This document shows positions 1 through 10,680 of a stretch of 32,628 nucleotides of DNA, one piece after another; the stretch's first letter is position 1, and each line of letters opens with the position of its first letter. The position numbers were made by a program, and so were the translations under genes. The notes under the pieces were generated by a model. The model saw only the letters and a program-made list of their open reading frames with translations. It ran no database searches and had not been told where the DNA came from. This DNA comes from Histomonas meleagridis 2922-C6/04-290x (Eukaryota; Protista; Parabasalia), in assembly GCA_020184695.1 (NCBI GenBank), contig JAANOX010000001.1, forward strand, positions 1 to 32,628, given 5' to 3'.

Positions 1-28
1 AGTGCGTAGCACGAAGCTCACATAGCGC

Positions 29-44
29 TGTGTGTGTGTGTGTG
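29..44. repeat. (TG)8 microsatellite
   Basis: Eight perfect TG units read directly from the sequence. Confidence 0.9.
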
Positions 45-129
45 AAATCTCAAATGATTTTGGGATATTTTTTTTACCCTGGGCAAAAAAATATCCCGAA
101 TTAGCAACATTAGTTGGGTCTGTTCATGC

Positions 130-640
130 AGCTTATCATAAAGTCTTCACGGATAATGAAGAAAAATCAATTTAAGATTTTATCAAGACGAATTTTATTC
201 AACAAGATATACTATTACAAAATCAAGACTTTATTAATCTTGCATCCCAGATGTGATGTTTAGTCCAAACTTTGTATCTGATCTTAAAAAACGTAACAGG
301 CGTAGCAGCAGAAATTTTCATTAGATGTTTAGATGAAAACCGTGAGAAACCTGATCGAATCATAAACGGTGATGAAACACCATGGCATATACTGCCTTAT
401 TCCATAAAGACATGGGCAGATATTTAATCAGATGCTGTTAATATCATTGTTCTTGATTCATAAAAAACTATGATCTTTGTGATGGCCTCAGTTATATTTG
501 CAGGCATCAAGCTTCCATTGTTTCGTATAGCTAAAGCAACGCCTAACTTGGTCCAAATAACACAGATTGGTGACATTTCATACCACATGTCATCCCATAA
601 CTCATCAGGATTGATGAAACAAAACAATTTCGAAACATAT
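130..640 (+). pseudogene. Degenerate pogo/Tigger-like (CENP-B/DDE_1) transposase remnant
   Basis: Manual translation through stops gives HKVFTDNEEKSI*DFIKTNF...SPNFVSDLKKRN...RIINGDETPWHILPYSIKTWAD...VMASVIFAGIKLPLFRIAKA...QIGD...HNSSGLM. The DET-W first-Asp motif and the G-KLPLF-IAK and S-G-W/LM blocks are typical of DDE_1 transposases. There are several in-frame stops and frameshifts. Confidence 0.75.
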
Positions 641-984
641 GAAAATTCTTCTCAATGCAATGCTTGAGAACACAATAGCCCTGATACAATAAGTAAATCT
701 TGGTCAATTTACTAAATTTGACTTCAATAAACATTTTTGATTTAATTTTCATCCATGAATGTGTTGAAAACAATATGCTGTGAAAGAGGGTTTTTTTATT
801 AATGAATTTTGGCTTTTTCAAGTTTTTATATATCTGATATCTGATAATATAATTTTGAAAAAAAAAATTATTCTAAATTTGTCAATAAAACATATTTTCG
901 ATTTGCTTTGGGAGCTCATGGAGACTGGCCACTAATTATATATGTAGCGAGAGATATATGAGAAAATTATACATTTTTATTGTT

Positions 985-1227
985 TTGCCGCATCCTATAT
1001 AATATCCGTTAATACTATTTGTTACAAGACTACCATTAATAGTTAAATCATTATTAATAATATTATGAGTATGATTTTTCAAAGCATAATCATCAATAGA
1101 ATAACCATTAATAGTATTTACTAACAAACGATTTATATTAACATCATTCTTTTTTTGATCTATTTTTACAAATTCTTTTTTACAAATCCATTACATTGTT
1201 AATTTTGCTAAACATTTGATTTAAATA
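985..1227 (-). pseudogene. Orphan fragment of a Maverick fibre-like gene (paralogue of ~18340-18625)
   Basis: YLNQMFSKINNVMDL*KEFVKIDQKKNDVNINRLLVNTINGYSIDDYALKNHTHNIINNDLTING aligns by eye to YLKQMFSDIDKVLTLYKEFVKINEDNNTVNISNLLIDTINGYSTEDFAL...HTHNIFNNDITVNG in ORF 18153..18899. Nucleotide similarity is also visible. Confidence 0.85.
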
Positions 1228-1680
1228 ATATATATTGGAAATAAATAATATATAAAACACAAAAAATTTGTTTATAAACCAATTTTATAGGAAGATATAT
1301 TTTTTTTAATTTTAAGTGTCAAATCTCTATATAAGAGTTTTTGTTATATAAAGATTTAAAAATATCCTTTGCTATTATTCTTAATCTCTGTCAAATACTT
1401 ATATCGAATTATGAGCATAAGAATAAGAGATAAATTTGTTTGATCTAATTTCAAACGACCGTTTAGAGAATAGGACACATTTCATATAAAATAATAATAA
1501 CTTTTTTTCGATTGGGTTGTGTAAAAGTGGCTTTTGTTTGCATATATGCAATAAGGTCTTCAAAAACTAATATTTAGACAATGTCTTGTAATATTTAATT
1601 TAGTTTTGTGTCTCGTTTTTTTCATATACAAGTAATGACCATTGTTATTTTATTTTCATACTAATGAGAAGATTTCTTTC

Positions 1681-3025
1681 ATGTTTTATATTTTTACAAT
1701 TCAAGCATTTGAAATATTTGATAATAAAACAAAAACACTTACATTAAAAACACAAGGAGATTTTGAAAGTGCAAAAAAATATGAAGAAGAAACTTTATTT
1801 TTAATTATAGAAGGTGGAATTACTACAATACCAAATGATGCATTTAAAGATTGGAGTAATCTAGCATCTGTTAAAATTGGTAACTCAGTAACTGTGATTG
1901 GCAAGCAAGCATTTTGTTATTGCAAAAGTTTATCAAATGTTACTTTTGGTGAAAATGTTACCACAATTTCAGATGGTGGATTTTATCGATGTACTAAATT
2001 ATCCATAGTTATTTTTAATGAAAATTTAATTGAAATCAGTTCGAACTCATTTCATCAATGTTCATCACTAAAAAGTATTAATTTATCAAATTCTGTAACT
2101 ACTATTGGCTGGTATGCATTTTCTCATTGTGAGAAACTTTCACGAATTATTTTGGGAGAAAATTTAACTATAATTGAAAATTATGCATTTAATACTTGCA
2201 AAAATTTATCAGAGGTTGTTTTTAATGAAAAATTGACCCAAATTGGGAGAAATTCATTTTTTATTGTATTTCGCTTGAAAGAATTAAATTACCAAATTCA
2301 CTTTATATAATTTATGATGATTGTTTCTCTCAATGCATTAAATTATCAAATGTAATTTTTGGAAATAAATTAACAAAAATTGGTTATAGAGCATTTGAAT
2401 ATTGTTATTCTCTTAAAAATATCGAATTACCAAGTTCATTAACTACTATCAATTCAGATACCTTTAATAGATGTTATAATTTATCAGTTGTTATTATAGG
2501 TGAAAATGTTGTTTCAATTGAGTCACAAGCATTTTACAATTGTACATCTCTAACTTGTCTTTATTATTATGGCCACTCAGAACCTAAAGTTAGCAATAAT
2601 GCATTTGATAATTGTCCTGTCAAATGTGTGATGACATTGGATTCATATAATTCAACAAAATTTGGGAAATTTAATGTATCAAAAGGAACAACAATCGAAA
2701 ATTGTAATCCATGGCCAACACATACATTTATACAATCAAACTCTTCTACACAATCGAATACATTTACACAATCAAATTCATTTACACAATCGAATGTGTT
2801 TACAACAGCAAATACATCTTCTGTAACATATACAAATTCTAATATATATTCTAATTCAATCACGAACTCAAATATTACATCAAATTCATTTCCATTAAGA
2901 TCTACTTCAAAAACTGTTACACTTGCTTTTGGTGCAAGTATTATTTCTTTATTATTCTTAATTTTATTTTAATAATCATTCATAATATTTTTAGATATCG
3001 AAGAAGAAAAAGACAACAACAGTAA
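1681..3025 (+). CDS. BspA-like (TpLRR) leucine-rich-repeat surface protein with S/T-rich stalk and C-terminal TM; two apparent 1-nt frameshifts
   Basis: Repeats of the form TIGxxAFxxCxxLxxVxFxEN run through 1642..2310 and continue stop-free in the -1 frame from ~2262 to 2972, including a TQSNTFTQSN stalk and a hydrophobic segment. Adding one T at the T6 run (2257-2262) and one at the T4 run (2967-2970) yields one ORF ending LIIIHNIFRYRRRKRQQQ* (TM plus basic stop-transfer). The ATG at 1681 is the likely start, but this is uncertain. Confidence 0.85.
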
Positions 3026-3635
3026 ATGATATCATCAAATTGATGTAATGCAACCTTTAAAATAAAATGAAGAGTTCTCTAAAACATAAATAAATGGAAG
3101 CATTACTTAAATCTTTTTAAAAATTATTAATATAAGGATTATGTGTGTTAAGAAAAAAAAATCAATGATATAAATTTTATATACCCTGTTTCGGTTGAAT
3201 ATCACTGTTATAATTTGCCAACGGTGAGTTCGACAGACGTATTTTTGGCTAATGATAATCGAGCTTTTTATCAATCTTGGAAATTAGTGTTGCAACAAAA
3301 TTATTTATTTTTTCTTTGCTAATATTGTTTTTGTGTTTAAATTCTTATAACAATAACAGCAGTCAATATCATTTCTATAACATAAAATAAATGGAATTAC
3401 ATAAATTTTTTTTTAAAATTTATGAAATTATCTCTTTATAAATAACTTAAATCTTTTTATTGAGAAAATTTAATTATCTCTTTATACAATCAGGAATATT
3501 TTATTGTTCCAGAATCAAATAATGTTCATATCTTTAAATTTTTTTCGTATTCAATTTTTTTAATATCAATATGAACTGTTGCACTTCTGATATTATTAAT
3601 TCTAATAATGATAATATTGTTGACCAAGTTCTTAA

Positions 3636-3762
3636 GCGGTAGGTATATAATGCGGTCGGCACGAGACCAGTAGCCCCTAGGGGCCCCTGGGATCGTGCCG
3701 ACCTCAGTATTTTCTGATGGGGTCTCCGGAGACCCCACCATCAGTTCGCTCCGCTCGCTACT
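3636..3762. other. GC-rich island with two strong hairpins
   Basis: An 11-bp stem GGTCGGCACGA (3654-3664)/TCGTGCCGACC (3693-3703) encloses CCAG/CTGG and GCCCC-TA-GGGGC stems. A perfect 18-bp palindrome GGGGTCTCCGGAGACCCC (3719-3736) is extended by CTGAT/ATCAG. Function unknown. Confidence 0.8.
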
Positions 3763-3887
3763 AAAATCACGATGATTTTTGTGAACCATACAATTCGTTT
3801 GAATAATTGGGGTGACTTAAATAATACCCAATACATACACACTTTTGGACGGTTATCGACTCAATATTTGACTTTTTGAACTGTTGT

Positions 3888-4020
3888 ATAATTACAACAA
3901 GAAAAAAATCAAAAATTTTGGCTTATCGTAAATCCAGGGCAAAAAAGTGCCAAACTTTTTGAATGGATTATATCCACTTTTTCATAACTAACCGTACCGA
4001 TATAGGGCAAAAAAGTGACA
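3888..4020 (+). repeat. Left copy of a degraded long inverted repeat (candidate TIR)
   Basis: CAGGGCAAAAAAGTGCCAA (3935-3953) is the exact reverse complement of 10084-10102. ATCGTAAATCCAGGGCAAAA (3925-3944) matches the reverse complement of 10149-10168 at 18/20. The core AGGGCAAAAAAGTG recurs at 4004 and 4266. Confidence 0.6.
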
Positions 4021-4659
4021 GCAATAATTTTCCATTCGATTTTCTAATTCTGAATCGAATTGCCTTCACAAATAATGAATACCCATTGAATAATTTTGAT
4101 TGTAAAATATATTTGAATGCATTCAAATAATTTTATGTGTTAATACAATTTCTCGATGTAAAGTGTCAAAATATTTATGTCATCGTCAGATGTCATTTTG
4201 CTTTGAGTATTCATGAATGAAAACTATTTTTCCATTTTTATCAAATTTTCAATGGTCGTGATCCCAGGGCAAAAAAGTGTCATCCGAATCAATAGTAATG
4301 AATATTTTCTATTTGTATTCATATGCCAACGAATTGAATATTGTCTTTTGATTAAGAATTTTGCACTTTTATACTGCAATTTGATAAAGCAGTATTAATT
4401 GATTTTTAAAAATAAATTATTTTGATAATTTATGTGAATCTATATAATAGAGTTTGCTGTTTATGTTGTTGAGGTTATGTAGAGTTCCATAAAACAAAAT
4501 TAATGTTCACTAAGTTCTATTTTTTATGAGAATATTTTGTCATGGTGAAACATTGCACACTTCAAATTTTTCCATATCCCAAAACTCGAACGTTTTATGG
4601 TATCTCTCAAAGCGTTGATTCACATTGGCTCAAACAAAAACACTCAAGTTTATATTAAT

Positions 4660-5134
4660 CTATACAATCATATTCATATTCAATCGTCCTCGTCCGCTTT
4701 CGCCATATCTCCGATGCTTCCACTGATCTCTTCGACAAGCTTTGTACTCGACGTCGAGTGTGTCTTTGAATTCCATTTTTGCCAATGACTCTTTCTTTTC
4801 CTTATTGCTCTGCACCAAGAAGACAACGATGCCGGCAACGATAGCCACAGCCGACTCGCAGACAATACCAGTCAAAGCTGGCGCCGTGATGCCGCCAGCG
4901 GATGGAGGGGAGGCCTGGAACACGACGGTAAAGAGTTGCGAAGAATACGCAACGACTCTGTGATCATAGAAGACGAGCTCACTTCGAACGTTTGTAAGTG
5001 ACGAGGTGACGACGGGAGGAGAAAGCGAATTTGTGTGCATGGCACATAGAGTTAGCGTGTACGTGAGCGACAGTGAATGCGTTAATGAAAGTGAGCGACA
5101 AGGTGGCGTCGCTTCGAAGCGATTCTATAAATGC
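4660..5134 (-). pseudogene. Frameshifted C-terminal fragment of a single-pass membrane protein (S/T stalk, TM, tail)
   Basis: ESLRSDAT / LTHSLSLTYTLTLCAMHTNSLS...ALTGIVCESAVAIVAGIVVFLVQSNKEKK. It is a paralogue of 5472..6055 and shares the 15-mer CTTCGAAGCGATTCT (5112-5126 and 5967-5981). No ectodomain is present. Confidence 0.65.
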
Positions 5135-5471
5135 TTTTCTTTTGTGTTACTCCATATTCAAAATTTCTTTGGATGTAGAAACTGTATTCCCCACATTACG
5201 TATTAAGTAAAATGTATGAGAGAAGAGGGATTTTAATCACGAGTCAGAATTAAATATAGATGGAACTCGTTCTCAAAAATATCAATGGTTATTAAAAAAT
5301 GTGAAAACTTCACGGTTTAAATCTAAACTTTATTATGTTATTCAAAACTCGCCCACACAATTGTGCTTCATATCAATTCAATATCAAACAGGAATCTAAA
5401 TAACAAAAAAATAAAATAAAATCAACTAATAATAATAAAAATAGTAATGAGTTTATATAATGAAATGAAAA

Positions 5472-6055
5472 TTATATTTGATTGACGAATTTGTCTTCTT
5501 TGAAATCATCTGCAAATGAATCTTCTACGATGCTTGTGCTTGTCATCCCAATTGTGAAGGTGATCCCAGTTTCGGAAATATTTTCTTCAGAATTGGTTAA
5601 ATCTTGTTCTTGTTCTTGATCGCTCCTCATTTGTTTATTGTTCCGAAAACGAATCAATACAACGGCAAGCAGAGAGACTATGATGGCAACAGCGACGCAA
5701 ACCGAAGTGATAATTATCGCATTGTTGTCGCTCGCTTGTGACTCATTTGGATATACGACAGTGAAGAAATTTGTGTAGTAGCTGTAGCACGAAGAATACA
5801 CAACGACTGTGTGCTCGTGGTAGACAACCTCCGTCTGGATGTGAGTGAGCGACGTGCCAACAGCGGAAAGCGAAAATGAATTTGTTTGTGTATCACATAT
5901 AGTTATTGTATGCGTGACTGACAGCGAATACGTCAATGTGAATGTATAGATGATATAGTTGCATCACTTCGAAGCGATTCTGTGAATGTGTCTGATAGTA
6001 TATATGTATTTGATTCTATGAATGTGTTTGATTCTGCGAATGTGAGAGTTGGCAT
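5472..6055 (-). pseudogene. C-terminal part of a single-pass membrane protein (S/T stalk, TM, acidic tail), one frameshift near 5950
   Basis: MPTLTFAESNTFIESNTYILSDTFTESLRSDAT, then after a frameshift YTFTLTYSLSVTH...AIIITSVCVAVAIIVSLLAVVLIRFRNNK...EDSFADDFKEDKFVNQI*. Confidence 0.7.
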
Positions 6056-6967
6056 TGCTATTCTCGAGTTTCTAGAGAATTGAGTTGTTTAAGTTTGATC
6101 ACTGATCAAAAAGAAAGAAAAGAACTATAAAAAGCAAATAAAATCAATTCACACTCATGAATCGCAATCAATTGCTATAGTCAGTCAAAAAATTCATGAA
6201 AAACAAATATTGGAATGAATTTATCCAAATAAAAGTTGTGATTGTGCATTGATATTTTTTATTGCAAGTTCATCTAAATGTTTTCTTAAACCCCTATTTC
6301 AGCTTGAAAATTTTGAAATTTATAAAATAACACTCAAAATAACAGTTTATGTTATGCTTATTGTTGCTCAAGCTTAACTTCTCGAAAAATTGACAATATC
6401 ATTAAAACAATTACTATTATGTATTTTATGAGCGTTTTGAGATTAAAATAAATTAATATTAATGCAAGAAAATATTACTGAAATTAGAAATTATTGCAAT
6501 ATTCATGAGGTTTCCATTATTAGTTTAACATTATGAAGAGATGTCGTGATTGTCGAAACCAAATGCATAGATTTTCTAGATCAAAATTAAATATTATTAT
6601 ATTTGCTTAGTTATGTTGTTTTATTAATTCGAATATTATAAATCTTAATACACAACATTATTCAATGGAGTATTGTATTGAAAATATATTCTATAAATGA
6701 TAACAAAAAACGTATGATATCTCTGTTTCTTATGTTGATCCATTAAAATATATTGTGAATATAAGAAATTTATATAATTTTTTAATTTTATTCATTTGAT
6801 GTAATTTTTCATTTGTTTTTATTTTTCTCTTTTCCTTGTTCATTTCTTATACGATCTTTCATTCATTAATCTATCATTTTTTATGTGTATTTTCACTTAA
6901 TTTCATTTTTATAGCAATACTATCTATCTTCATTTTTTTTGTTTATTTTTTATTATTCTTTTCGCTT

Positions 6968-7520
6968 TTTCATCATTCTTTTCTCATTTTATTTATCATC
7001 TTTTTTGCTTATCTTGTATCATTCTTTCTCTTTACTTTCGTAATTCTTTTTGTTTATCTTTCATCATTCTTTTTGTTTATCATTCAGCATTCTTTGCGTT
7101 TATCTTTCATAAATCTTTTTGTTTATCTTTTGCTCATTTATTTTGTTTATCTTTCAGCATTCTTTTCTTTTTACTTTCATCATTCTTTGGGTTTATCTTT
7201 CATTATTCTTTTCTATTTACTTTCATTATTCTTTTTGTTTATCATTCAGCATTCTTTGAATTTATCTTTCATCATTCTTTTTGTTTATCTTTCATCATTC
7301 TTTCTGCTTTTCTTTCAGCATTCTTTTCTCTTTACTTTCATCATTCTTTGAGTTTATCTTTCATTATTCTTTGCGTTTATCTTTTATCATTCTTCTCTCT
7401 TTACTTTTGTTATTCTTTTTGTTTATCTTTCAGCATCCTTTTTGTTTATCTTTCAGCATCCTTTTTGTTTATCATTTAGCATTCTTTTTGTTTATCTTTC
7501 ATCATTCTTTTCTTTTTATT
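6968..7520. repeat. 23-bp minisatellite, about 24 diverged copies
   Basis: Consensus TTTCATCATTCTTTTTGTTTATC, with a recurring variant ending TTCTCTTTAC. It ends about 40 bp from the MULE transposase stop codon. Confidence 0.9.
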
Positions 7521-7558
7521 ATTATTTCCCACTGCTTTATATAAGTCTAATTCTCTTA

Positions 7559-9406
7559 TTATAGTTTACATGTTGCCGAGTTATGTCCTTCTTTCCCACA
7601 TTTATGGCATCGATATGTTCTTTTTGTTTTATGTGCACCGCATTTTTTTTGGTGATCAACAAATAAAGATTGTTTTGTGATTGGTCGACCTCTCTGTGCA
7701 ATAAATTCAGGCGATCCTGTGGAACATGTTTTTAAATTGTTAAATCCTATGAAAAGATCGTCAAATAATTTTCGTATTTCTGGATTTCTATTTGCCTCTG
7801 CTGCTATTGGAGATACCATATCCATAAGATTTGTATACTTATACATATTATAATTATTATTTACTGCAACTTGCACGGTTTGAATTTCTGTTTCTTCTGT
7901 TTCATCAAAATGCTGTGTAAAATAAATGTCTGGAATATCTTCTTCTTTGACCAAAGGAAATAGACCAGCTTTATACCTATTAAACAATATGTGGCAACAA
8001 GGTAAACCAAATTCTGTTTTAACTTTACAATTACAATCTTCAAAATTAATACTATTTGATAATGGAGAAATCTGTACATATACTTTTATAATATTATTCA
8101 TTTTTTCATATTCAGTATTTAAAATATTAGAACATAAATTACCAAGTTGCTTACCGTGATATAAATCTAAATTGATTTGAATTCTCTTTGTTGCAATATT
8201 TTTTTTAATAAGCATTTCTGCATGTAATAAAAATGCATCAATGATATTTTTTAATGTAACAATTTTATGATCTATCCAATTTTTAATTGTAGAAAAATTT
8301 CCTTCTGCTAAATTCGAAGTATAATGATTTCTTAGTCTATAATGAGCTAATATCTCCGGATCATAATACTTAAGATGTTTCAATAATAACTGCAAATGAG
8401 GTTTTTCTTTCGTATTTTTTTGGATTTCATTATTAATCAGTGAAACGAAATCTGATGCTTTCATTTCTCCATGAAATGATTTTATTAGCGTTTGATATAT
8501 TACTGAATTAACACCACAATGATCTGATACATTTCTCAATATATGAACTCTACAAAATACAATCTTTGAAGTTTTAAAAACATATTTAATTGCTTTTCTT
8601 TGAGATTCCAGTCGATCACATATAAATATTCTAGAATTAATATATTCAAAAAGAATAATTAAAAAATCAACAAAATCATTGAATGTTTTCCCCAATAAAA
8701 TACCTAAAGCAATCATTTGAGCTTTGTCATTCTCGTCGTAGCAATAACATAAAATTATTGGATACCTGTACTCATTAGTACACATAGTATCGTCCATCAC
8801 ACAGATATCTTGTGCATAGGGTTTGGATATAATGGAGCTATGAATTAAAGTTAAACCATGGAATTTATCATCTTTTTTTTTGAAATGTCACAATATACTT
8901 CTTACTCCATTCTTGAGATTCCGTTTCAAGTTGTTCGATTTCATTTATAAATGTTTTTGCTAAAGCATTTCTTGAATAGTTGTATAGTTGATTTGAAGAA
9001 ATTGATAAATTTAAATTTTTTCTAATAAAATATGGCGAAGCACCTTTAGAACGCAAATCAATAATTTCCTCTTTTTGTTTTGAAGTAAGAAGGCAAAAAA
9101 ACTTTCAACGTATCTCTTATTGATAGAGTGATTGTGAATCCATTCACCCGAACAATTACATAGGATTGAATCTCTGAACTTCACACTGAAGTGGCTTGGG
9201 CAATCCTTGAACCTGCACTTATAACAAACATATGATGTAATGTCTCTTTTTTTGGACTCAACAATTGAATATGGACATCGATGGATCGCCATTTGGTCTT
9301 TGATATCGATCTTGAAATCATCAAAAGCACTCATCCCAATTCTCCCTTTAATATAATCAATGAATTCAATGAGGGTGCTTTCTTTTATTTCCATTTCTAT
9401 CTGCAA
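7559..9406 (-). CDS. Mutator-family (MULE) transposase, ~610 aa, split by two homopolymer frameshifts
   Basis: N-terminal WRKY/FAR1-like CYKCRFKDC...HNH; DDE core DDTMCTN, ICDR, CRVH (CxxH), SNLAEG; SWIM finger CNC...GLPCCH; C-terminal CCHC knuckle CHKCGKEGHNSATC. The three ORFs join if one base is added to the A7 run at 9095-9101 and one is removed from the T9 run at 8873-8881. First ATG at 9394. Confidence 0.92.
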
Positions 9407-10083
9407 ATTTATAAATAAACGGTTTTGTCCGGACGGTTATGTTGTTTTCCAATTAGATTTAACCCGTAACAAATGTAAAACCAAGAGTAGGAAATCAACA
9501 AATGTGATCGATACTTCATTGAAACGCAGACCTTTATAAAATCTGTTTAACCAGTGAACTTAAGTGGAAAAAATGGAATAATTAAAAAAAAGAGATATCA
9601 ACAATTATTAGTTTGAAAAAACAAAAAAATGAGAGTTTTCGCTGGTTTTAAGGTCATTGTGTTCTAAAAAAATGTGTTGTTTGAGTTTGATTACTGATCA
9701 ATTATCAGAGAGATAGAATATTAGGACATAGAATGAAACAAACCATTTAACACTTGTGCTTCGAAATCAATAGTTGTGGTCGGATGGGATGTTGGTGGAC
9801 CTAAATTCAATATTCGAAAATGTCAAGACCATGACCAGTCCAAATGGCAAAATGTAGTAGTGATCATCTTCATATTGGCCCCCTTGAAAGGAAACACAAG
9901 ATCAATCTTTGCTTGAACAACTTTCAGGAAGATGCATTGAGGCTTTGGCTTAAATGAACTTTTGGCGCCACGTTTATTTTGACAAAATCACGCGCCTTCT
10001 GATATTTTGCCACTGCTAAGAAAAATTCAATGGCCCACAAACGCATTCAATTTTTTTCTGAGATGATTGAGAGTGTTTTTCGG

Positions 10084-10215
10084 TTGGCACTTTTTTGCCC
10101 TGCGCATTATCGTTTTTCTCTCAAAAGTATTCTAAATGCTTGTCATCATTTTGCTCTGCATTTACGATTTTTCAAAAATTCTAAAATTAAAAAATTCTTG
10201 AAAAAATGTAATTAT
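10084..10215 (-). repeat. Right copy of the degraded long inverted repeat (candidate TIR)
   Basis: Reverse-complement matches to 3935-3953 (19/19), 3925-3944 (18/20) and ATAATTACA at 3888-3896 (10207-10215). Confidence 0.6.
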
Positions 10216-10680
10216 TTATTTTAAAATAATAATATCAAAGACATAATATATATAAGTAGAAAATATATTTTATGGCATATAATGAAGAAAAAATAATTTT
10301 TGATGTAATTAATGCAGATTGAAAAAAGTAAAAAAATTTCAAAAAATAAATATCATAATCAAATTCTCCATATGTTAAAACATATGGTGGTATATTATTA
10401 TTATTAGAATATTCAATGTATATGATTTTATTTAAAAAATTTTTCTTTTTCATGATGCCATTTTTGAATGAGTATTCAAATTACTAGGAATTGTGATAAA
10501 ATATCACCTATTCAATTTATTTTTGGATACTTCCTATTTTTGTCAGGATAATTCTGATATAAAATATAAAATGTCAGATTAACAAAAAATAATACTTGAA
10601 TTTTGTAAGCAAATAATGATTTAATTTTAATTTCATATTAATAACTTTTGTTTATTTAACACACTCTATAAAATGAAACG

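Larger units (their letters stand above)
3888..10215 (-). mobile_element. Putative Mutator-like element (MULE) with captured host gene fragments
   Basis: A MULE transposase lies between patchy inverted repeats. No target-site duplication was found, so the boundaries are tentative. Confidence 0.4.

Noticed and set aside
424-821. Track ORFs 424..627 and 543..821 as genes
   Set aside because: They are antisense to or overlap the dead DDE transposase and have no convincing motifs.
1701-2863. Minus-strand ORFs 1701..1904 and 2567..2863
   Set aside because: They are antisense shadows of the BspA gene and its stalk repeat.
3632-3762. GC hairpin island as a Helitron 3' end or a TTAA-type (piggyBac/Kolobok) terminus
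   Set aside because: There is no CTRR terminus at the expected distance and no matching second TTAA-bounded inverted repeat. It is kept only as an unassigned structure.
4104-4134. 20-bp perfect palindrome TATTTGAATGCATTCAAATA (4110-4129)
   Set aside because: It is AT-rich and isolated, so plausible by chance in this composition; no supporting context.
6968-7520. CRISPR-like array
   Set aside because: The units are contiguous with no unique spacers, there are no cas genes, and the context is eukaryotic.
6836-7544. Hydrophobic ORFs 6836..7351 and 7281..7544 that look like multi-pass membrane proteins
   Set aside because: They are by-products of the T-rich 23-bp minisatellite, which lacks stop codons on this strand; the period is not a multiple of 3.
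7861-8159. ORFs 7861..8079 and 7926..8159
   Set aside because: They are an alternative-frame and an antisense shadow inside the MULE transposase.
3847-9440. Direct repeat GGACGGTTAT at 3847-3856 and 9431-9440 as a MULE TSD
   Set aside because: The sequences just inside are not inverted repeats, and the right copy is only ~25-35 bp from the transposase start, leaving no room for a TIR or promoter.
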